The notes below the pieces were generated by a model, which was not told the DNA's origin, ran no database searches, and was given only the letters and a program-made list of their open reading frames with translations. From a candidate division FCPU426 bacterium (GTDB lineage: Bacteria; Oederibacteriota; JAAXVQ01; JAUVAV01), in assembly GCA_040756875.1 (NCBI GenBank), contig JBFLYH010000003.1:360907-424906 (forward strand): a stretch of 64,000 nt of DNA, written 5' to 3'. Position numbers and translations under genes: made by a program. Below, piece after piece: positions 57,828 to 64,000 of the stretch (its first letter is position 1; every line of letters starts with the position of its first letter).

Positions 57828-60800
57828 CTATTCGCGCACTTTGGGCGGTTCCTGGATGAGTTCGTCGTCGAAGTGCTTGCCTTGCAGTATTTCTTTCTGC
57901 GTTTTGATCGCCTCGGAAAGTTCCTCCAGCGGCTCGCGTTCCTGCGATTGGCTGACGACCTTCATGCGGCCCCCGTCTTTAGCCAGCACATTAAGCAAAC
58001 GCCCGTGTGCATCATATTTATATATGCGTTCCTCCTCTTTTTTAACCAGCCTGACATCCACTGTTTCGGGTTGCTTGTTGGCGTTCCATTTGTAAGTAAC
58101 ATCCAGTTTGCTTCCATCCTCAAAGGTGGCGCTTTGCAGCCAGCCTTGTTCGTATCGAGCTTCACTTTCGGTCCGGCCGTCGGTTGTGATGAATTTCACG
58201 ACGGTTTTCGTCCCCGAAGGATAGGCAAATGTCTTGGTGCCACCTTCGCTCCTGGCCGTTTGTACCACCCTACCTTCGCGGTCCAGTTTCTTCTCGCCCG
58301 CGTCGTCGGTATGCTGTTCACGTCGCAGACTGAGGCGGTGTGTCTTGACGAGTTCGTCGAATCCCCGCTCGTTTTTCGCTTCACTCGGGCGTTGGTCACG
58401 CGGCTTTGCTTCACCGGACGACTGCGTCTCCCCGGATTTGGCCGCAGCGCCGGCTGCCGTTCCTTGGGCAGAGGCGGCGGCCACGCCTACGGGTTTGATA
58501 TATCCCAATCGTTCCGGATTAATCACCCAACCTTGGCGGGCCTTGCCGCTGGCTGAAGCGGTTTCCAACGCTCCGCCCAAGGAGACGCCTTCCCCGGCGC
58601 GCCGGGCACCCGTCCGTCCGCCCTGGCCGCTGGCCAGCATCCCGCTTACATCGGAAACGGTTTTCGGCGAATCCAGAACGCCGGTCAGCCATTCTTTCAC
58701 ACCGGCCGGCGACAGGTACACTCCCAGCTTGCTGCGCGATTGCCTGCTCAACAGTCCGGCCAGGGTTTCGCAGAGTATATCCATTCTCCTGGCCCGCAGC
58801 CGGGCATCCTGCAAATCCTTCAGTTCATGCGCAGCCTGGCTCAGCATGGCCCCGGCTGTTTTTTGGTCCGCTGCCGGCAGCGTGAATTTGATCCAATCCT
58901 GCAAAACAGCCGTGCTGGGAGCGCGGTCCGTGAGGCAATAGGCGCGCGTCAGGCTGGACCGCGTCAATTGCTCTTCGCTGAGATGCGCTCCGGAAAAATA
59001 ATAATAAACACCGTCAACGGTCTGCCAGAGAAACTCCGTTTTATCTTTGGCCCGTTTCAACTCCTCGTCAAACGTCGCTAAATCGGCGTATTGATAACTG
59101 GCGATGCGTTTAAGGCTCATGGCTTCCCCGGTTCTGGAAAAATGCAGGAGCAGATCATCCAAGCTTTGAACCACGCCGGCATACTGGCCCTTCAGTTCTT
59201 CCGCATAACCTTGCCGGGCCAACAGGGATGCCATTCGCTTTTGGTCCACGCTGTGGTAGTCCGCCTCGGTGGCGTCCCGCTGCTTGACCGAAGCCGCCAC
59301 GATGCCGCCGGACTTGGTTTTGCTCCGGGCCAGCGCCACACCCGTCGGCCGGGTTCCCTGCAGGTGGCTTAGAATCCAGTCATCGCTTTCCGGAGCGTGT
59401 TTCGGGCCCTCGGTCTTGGATTCTGAGCCGCCCACGCCTTTATTGTGCGCCGCCTGATCCACGACATATTGTTCCTCGCCGCCCAAACAAGCGCCGCTGT
59501 TGTCATACCCCTTGGTGCATTTGAAAATATAGTGGCCGATCTCGGCGTAGTGGACGGTCCCTGACCACGACGAGTCGGTGGTCCACGAAAGCATATCGCC
59601 GCGGTCATTGTGCTTGTAGGTGGTCACAGATTTCCAGCTCCCGCCCAGGAATTGATTGCCGTATTTATCGGGCGGATCAGCCGGGATTTTTCCAGACCAC
59701 TCGGTGTATTCCTGGTCGCCATACTGGTTGAACCGCGAAAAGCCGCTGTCCTTGCCGTTGGATTCGGTCCGGTAGGTGACAAACCCGCGGCTGTTGTAGG
59801 TATTGGTATACGTGGTGGTGCCGTCCTTGGTTTGGACCTTATTGGCCGCGCCGTTATGGCGGTGGTCATACCAGGTGGTGGTGGTCCCTTCGTCGCCTTC
59901 ATTCACCGTTTGATCCATCCAACGGCCGGAATAATAATAGGTCGTGCTGCCGTTGGGGCCCGAGCTGCTTGCCGCCCGGTTGTTGGCCATATCCATGACC
60001 GTGGTGCCGTTTTTCGAATAAGAATGAGTGACCTCGCCGGCCGCATTAAAAGCGTTGACCGTGACGTTCCCCCGCTCGTCCGTGGATTTGGCGCTGGAAA
60101 TATCCATTTGGGCGTCGTAATAATTGACGGTTTCCGAATGCAAACCGACGGTCGCCTTGAACGAACTGCGCAGGGCCAGTCCGTTGTCTTCGTACCAGGT
60201 CTGGGTGCTGCCGGTCGCGGCCTGGCTGAGGCTGTAGGTCGGCATTCCGGTCAAGCGGTTGTTGGTGTAGGTGGTGACCGTGCGTTCGCCCCATTCATCG
60301 ACCCGCTCGGCTTTTTCCAGGAACCCGTCCAAGTCGGAATACTTGTGGGTTTTGCCGTGGGCGTCCGTGGCGATCGCATACAGCGGCGATCCGGTGTAGG
60401 GGTTCCAGGTCTGCACGCGGGTGGTTTCGGTCACGATAAAATGAGCTCCGGTATTGGCGCGCGTGGCGGTCGTGTTCAAGCCCTCGGCGTTGTATTGCGA
60501 GGTGGTCTGCCCCTTGCGGTCCACGCTCGCGCTCTGCAAGGGCATCCCGGTCTGTTCGTCCAGCGTGTTGGTGGTGGTGATGGTGCGGATGGCCCCCAGC
60601 AAATTGTCGCGCCGGGAGGAAGTGATCCCATATTCATTATGCTGGTTTCGGGTCGTGCCGCCCTCGTCTTCCACCAGGCTGGCTTCGATCAGCCCGGTAT
60701 TCGTGTCGCAGACAAACGCCGTTTGCTTCTCCTTGTAGGCGCCGAACGAACTCAAGGCCACCGAACTGACCGGAGTGCCGTATTCCGGATCGTTCTGCGT

Positions 60801-63800
60801 GGCCGCCTCGGTCACGAGCGTTCCTCCCGGACCGCTCAGGGTCCGGGAAGTGGAACGGATGGTCATGCCCGTCTCCTCGTCCGCCTCCATGCTGGTTTCC
60901 TGATAGCGTCCCTGGTCAGGCCCGTGTTTGGCCCAGCCGGTGCTGCTGCGCGCAAATCCGTTTTCGTCCATGAGGGTGTGCACTTCGCCCGCATGCAGGC
61001 CATCGGTGGTGAAAGTTTCCCGCGTCAACCCGGTTCCCGGATCCGGAATCATGCGAGTATGCTTGAGACGGCCGGCGCGGGGGCCGTGCAGATCCCGCCC
61101 CTCGCTTTCCCGGACGATTCCGTTCCCGTCCATCCGGGTCACAGCCGGCCCGTCGTGCAAACCGTCGCGGGTGGAAACCTCGCGGGTCACTCCTGTATAG
61201 CGGTCGGCGGTTATTTGGCTGTTTTTTTCGCGCCCGTTTTCCGGTCCCAGGCGTTCAAGGCTGCGGCTGCTGACCGGCAGCCCGTTCTCGTCCATGGTCG
61301 TCCAGGTTTCCTCCTGCAAGTCGTTCTTGGAATAGGTGGCCGCGATTTCGCCGGTCCGCGCGTCGGTGGTGACACGGCCGGCACTGTGGCGCTTTTTACG
61401 GGCGCCCAGCGTGGTCCAGCTTTCGCTGAAAACCGCCAACCCGTTTGCGTCCATCTCCGTGATCGTGCGCTCCCCTAAATCGTTGGTGCTGACGGTGGAG
61501 GAGATTTCACCCGTATCGGCTGTGTGGATCTCCGAAACCGTGTGTCGTTTGGCCGTCGGACCCAGGCTGAGCCAGGATTCGCTGCGCACCGGAGTTCCAT
61601 CACGGTCCATTTGCGTGACCGTGCGGTCGCCCAGTTGGTTGATGCTGTTGGTGGCGGCCGTTTCTCCGGTTGTCCGGTCGGTGTCAATCCGCGTCTCCAC
61701 CAGCCGTTTATATATCGCACCTAAAGACAGTCGACTGAGGCTCAGGGTGGCCAGGCCGTCCTGATCCATGATCGTATAAGTCATGTCCTGGCGGTCGTTG
61801 AGGCTCAAGGTGGACGTGGTTTCTCCGGTGGCGGGATCGGTGCTGATGTCGGTCAGGCTGTGCTTCTTCAATTCCGCTCCCAGCGCCAGGTGGCTGTCGC
61901 TTTGAACGGCCAGCCCGTTGCGGTCCATCAGCGTCAGGATCAGGTCCCCGCGGTCATTGCGGTCCAGGGTCGCCGTGGTTTCGCCCGTATCAGGATGGGT
62001 CGCAATGGATGTCGCGTGGTGGCGTTTGGCTTTCGGCCCCAACGCAAGCCAGCTTTCGCTCCCAGCCGCCAGGCCCTGTTCATTCATTTGCGTCATCGTC
62101 CGGTCGCCGCGGTCGTTGGTCGTATCCGTCGCCCGGGTCTCCCCGGTCTCCGGGTCCGTTTGAATGGCGGACACGCTGTGCCGCTTCGCCCGGGCACCCA
62201 GGGCCTGCCAGGATTCGCTGCGCACCGCCAGACCGTTCCCGTCCATCCCCGTCCACACCTTGTCCCCGCGGTCGTTCACGTTCAACGTCTCCGACGTCTC
62301 CCCCGTCTCGCGGTTGTTCGTGATCGTGGTCACGCTGTTCCGCTTCCGCACCGCCCCCAGCGCGTTCTGCGTCACGCTCCGCACTGCCAGACCGTCCTCG
62401 TCCATCGCCGTCCACACCTTGTCCCCGCGGTCGTTCAGGCTATACGTCTTCTCCGTTTCCCCCGTGTTCCGGTCCGTTGTGATCTCCGTCAGACTGTGCC
62501 GCTTCAGCACCGCCCCCAGCGCCGACTCCGTCTCGCTCCGCACCGCCAGACCGTCCTCGTCCATCGCCGTCCACACCTTGTCCCCGCGGTCGTTCAGGCT
62601 GTACGTCTTCCGCGTCTCTCCCGTGTCCGCGTCCGTCGTGATCTCGATCACGCTGTGCCGCTTCTGCCTCGCCCCCAAAGCCAGCCAGTTCTCTCCCGCC
62701 ACCGCCAGTCCGTTCCGGTCCATCACCGTCAGCGTCCGGTCCCCGCGGTCGTTTACGTTCCGCGTCGACGATGTCTCCCCCGTGTACCGGTCCGTGCGGA
62801 TCTCCGTCAGACTGTGCCGCTTCAGCAGCGCACCCACCTTCTGCCACGTCTCGCTCGCCATCGCCAGCCCGTCACGGTCCATCCCCGACCAGGTCCGGTC
62901 CCCACGGTCGTTCACGCTCACCGTTTCCGCCGTCTCCCCCGTCTCCTGGTTCGTCTTGATCTCCGTGACGCTCCGCCGTTTCAGCACCGCCCCCAGCGAC
63001 AGCGTGCCCACGCTGTCCGTCGCCAGCCCGTTCTCGTCCATCGCCGTGGCCGTGAAGTCCCCGCGGTCGTTCATGCTGCTCGTCGCCGCCGTCTCCCCCG
63101 TCTCCGCGTCCGTCTCGATCGCCGTCAGGCTGTTGCGCTTCAGCGTCGCCCCTAGCGCCGCCAGCGACCGGCTCTTCACCGCCAGCCCGTCCTCGTCCAT
63201 CGCCGTCCACGCCATGTCTCCGCGCTCGTTCAGGTTGCACGTCATCGCCGTCTCGCCCGTGTACGCGTCCGTCTGGATCAGCGTCGTGCTCCCGCGCTTC
63301 TGCAGCGCCCCCAGCGCCATCCGGCTCTTGCTGCTTACCGCCAGCCCGTTTTCGTCCATCACCGTCAGCGTCTCGTCCCCCCGGTCGTTCTGATCCGCGG
63401 TCTCGGCGGTTTCCCCGGTGTTCGGATCGGTCGTGATCCGGGTGATATGGTGCTTCTTTTGCCCGGCGCCCAGGGCGCGCCAGTTTTCGCTGCCCACAGC
63501 CAGGCCGTTCCTGTCCATGTTCGTGGCGCTCCGGTCGCCCAAATCATTCACCATGCTGGTCGCCCGGGTTTCGCCGGTCTCCGTATCCGTATTGATCGCC
63601 GTGACGGCATGCCGTTTTTTTCCGGCGCCCAGAGCCTGCCAGGATTCGCTGCGCACCGCCAGACCGTTCCCGTCCATCCCTGTCCACACCCGGTCTCCGC
63701 GGTCGTTCACGTTCAACGTCTCGGACGTTTCCCCCGTCTCGCGGTTGTTCGTGATCGTGGTCACGCTGTTCCGCTTCCGCACCGCCCCTAGCGCCGACTC

Positions 63801-64000
63801 CGTCTCGCTCCGCACCGCCAGACCGTCCTCGTCCATCACCGTCCACACCTTGTCCCCGCGGTCGTTCAGGCTGTACGTCTTCTCCGTTTCCCCCGTGTTC
63901 CGGTCCGTTGTGATCTCCGTCAGACTGTGCCGCTTCAGCACCGCCCCCAGCGCCGACTCCGTCTCGCTCCGCACCGCCAGACCGTCCTCGTCCATCGCCG
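57828..64000 (-). CDS. Very large repeat protein (>2055 aa, 5' end outside window): ~20 copies of a 53-aa repeat grading into YD/RHS-like repeats, then a unique region and a final YD block
   Basis: The frame is open to the window edge. The ORF-track Met at 63995 is the first residue of a repeat unit, not a start. Consensus MDxxGLAVxSExxxALGAxxKRHSxTxIxTDxxTGETxxTxSxNDRGDxxxTx. Confidence 0.85.
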   Translation of the reverse strand, partial: AMDEDGLAVRSETESALGAVLKRHSLTEITTDRNTGETEKTYSLNDRGDKVWTVMDEDGLAVRSETESALGAVRKRNSVTTITNNRETGETSETLNVNDRGDRVWTGMDGNGLAVRSESWQALGAGKKRHAVTAINTDTETGETRATSMVNDLGDRSATNMDRNGLAVGSENWRALGAGQKKHHITRITTDPNTGETAETADQNDRGDETLTVMDENGLAVSSKSRMALGALQKRGSTTLIQTDAYTGETAMTCNLNERGDMAWTAMDEDGLAVKSRSLAALGATLKRNSLTAIETDAETGETAATSSMNDRGDFTATAMDENGLATDSVGTLSLGAVLKRRSVTEIKTNQETGETAETVSVNDRGDRTWSGMDRDGLAMASETWQKVGALLKRHSLTEIRTDRYTGETSSTRNVNDRGDRTLTVMDRNGLAVAGENWLALGARQKRHSVIEITTDADTGETRKTYSLNDRGDKVWTAMDEDGLAVRSETESALGAVLKRHSLTEITTDRNTGETEKTYSLNDRGDKVWTAMDEDGLAVRSVTQNALGAVRKRNSVTTITNNRETGETSETLNVNDRGDKVWTGMDGNGLAVRSESWQALGARAKRHSVSAIQTDPETGETRATDTTNDRGDRTMTQMNEQGLAAGSESWLALGPKAKRHHATSIATHPDTGETTATLDRNDRGDLILTLMDRNGLAVQSDSHLALGAELKKHSLTDISTDPATGETTSTLSLNDRQDMTYTIMDQDGLATLSLSRLSLGAIYKRLVETRIDTDRTTGETAATNSINQLGDRTVTQMDRDGTPVRSESWLSLGPTAKRHTVSEIHTADTGEISSTVSTNDLGERTITEMDANGLAVFSESWTTLGARKKRHSAGRVTTDARTGEIAATYSKNDLQEETWTTMDENGLPVSSRSLERLGPENGREKNSQITADRYTGVTREVSTRDGLHDGPAVTRMDGNGIVRESEGRDLHGPRAGRLKHTRMIPDPGTGLTRETFTTDGLHAGEVHTLMDENGFARSSTGWAKHGPDQGRYQETSMEADEETGMTIRSTSRTLSGPGGTLVTEAATQNDPEYGTPVSSVALSSFGAYKEKQTAFVCDTNTGLIEASLVEDEGGTTRNQHNEYGITSSRRDNLLGAIRTITTTNTLDEQTGMPLQSASVDRKGQTTSQYNAEGLNTTATRANTGAHFIVTETTRVQTWNPYTGSPLYAIATDAHGKTHKYSDLDGFLEKAERVDEWGERTVTTYTNNRLTGMPTYSLSQAATGSTQTWYEDNGLALRSSFKATVGLHSETVNYYDAQMDISSAKSTDERGNVTVNAFNAAGEVTHSYSKNGTTVMDMANNRAASSSGPNGSTTYYYSGRWMDQTVNEGDEGTTTTWYDHRHNGAANKVQTKDGTTTYTNTYNSRGFVTYRTESNGKDSGFSRFNQYGDQEYTEWSGKIPADPPDKYGNQFLGGSWKSVTTYKHNDRGDMLSWTTDSSWSGTVHYAEIGHYIFKCTKGYDNSGACLGGEEQYVVDQAAHNKGVGGSESKTEGPKHAPESDDWILSHLQGTRPTGVALARSKTKSGGIVAASVKQRDATEADYHSVDQKRMASLLARQGYAEELKGQYAGVVQSLDDLLLHFSRTGEAMSLKRIASYQYADLATFDEELKRAKDKTEFLWQTVDGVYYYFSGAHLSEEQLTRSSLTRAYCLTDRAPSTAVLQDWIKFTLPAADQKTAGAMLSQAAHELKDLQDARLRARRMDILCETLAGLLSRQSRSKLGVYLSPAGVKEWLTGVLDSPKTVSDVSGMLASGQGGRTGARRAGEGVSLGGALETASASGKARQGWVINPERLGYIKPVGVAAASAQGTAAGAAAKSGETQSSGEAKPRDQRPSEAKNERGFDELVKTHRLSLRREQHTDDAGEKKLDREGRVVQTARSEGGTKTFAYPSGTKTVVKFITTDGRTESEARYEQGWLQSATFEDGSKLDVTYKWNANKQPETVDVRLVKKEEERIYKYDAHGRLLNVLAKDGGRMKVVSQSQEREPLEELSEAIKTQKEILQGKHFDDELIQEPPKVRE
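60850..64000 (-). repeat. Coding tandem array, 159-bp unit, with a 1431-bp (9-unit) higher-order duplication
   Basis: Unit starts (ATG) at 63995 and 63836 give a 159-bp period. The units starting at 63995 recur near-identically from 62564 (offset 1431 = 9x159). Confidence 0.9.

Noticed and set aside
57828-60850. Classical RHS toxin-immunity module
   Set aside because: No RHS-core DPxG signature or toxin tip is visible, and the downstream gene is a secreted YD protein beyond a terminator rather than an immunity gene.
63993-63995. ATG at 63995 as the start of the repeat protein
   Set aside because: It is the Met that begins each repeat unit. The frame stays open to the window edge and there is no signal peptide.
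60850-64000. Regular DNA repeats as a possible CRISPR array
   Set aside because: The period is 159 bp (a multiple of 3), the frame is fully open and encodes a 53-aa repeat, there are no unique spacers and no cas genes.

Overview
GC-rich bacterial chromosomal window from a diderm, since it encodes outer-membrane barrels and PorV-like proteins. The phylum cannot be fixed from sequence alone. Every credible gene lies on the minus strand, and the many long plus-strand ORFs are antisense shadows. The left ~29 kb is housekeeping and envelope genes: partial ubiB/aarF, phasin, alaS, recX-like, RNase P RNA, the lemA-TPM-NTase trio, a response regulator, fmt, def, priA, a lipoprotein/beta-barrel/TolB-like surface cluster, family-4 UDG, coaBC-rpoZ-gmk-yicC flanked by two 'S8 protease with YNYPNPF C-terminal domain + PorV-like barrel' pairs, and clpB. 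The right 35 kb holds only five genes and is the most interesting part. It contains a >2055-aa protein (start outside the window) built from ~20 copies of a 53-aa beta-type repeat, two secreted YD/RHS-like proteins, and two paralogous giant proteins of 6130 and 2236 aa. The giants share a signal-like N-terminus, a ~400-aa QDLH/VEG/R/GGxH domain (TIKI/EreA/ChaN-like by motif) and a basic '-AA' C-terminal module, but their middles are entirely different. The 6130-aa middle carries HExxH zincin-like motifs, two cytidylate-kinase-like domains, split GGDEF-like domains, a HAD hydrolase and a RelA/SpoT-like domain, separated by repeated membrane linkers. I interpret this, as inference, as a candidate polymorphic giant polyprotein export/effector system. 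All domain calls come from motif reading, not database searches.
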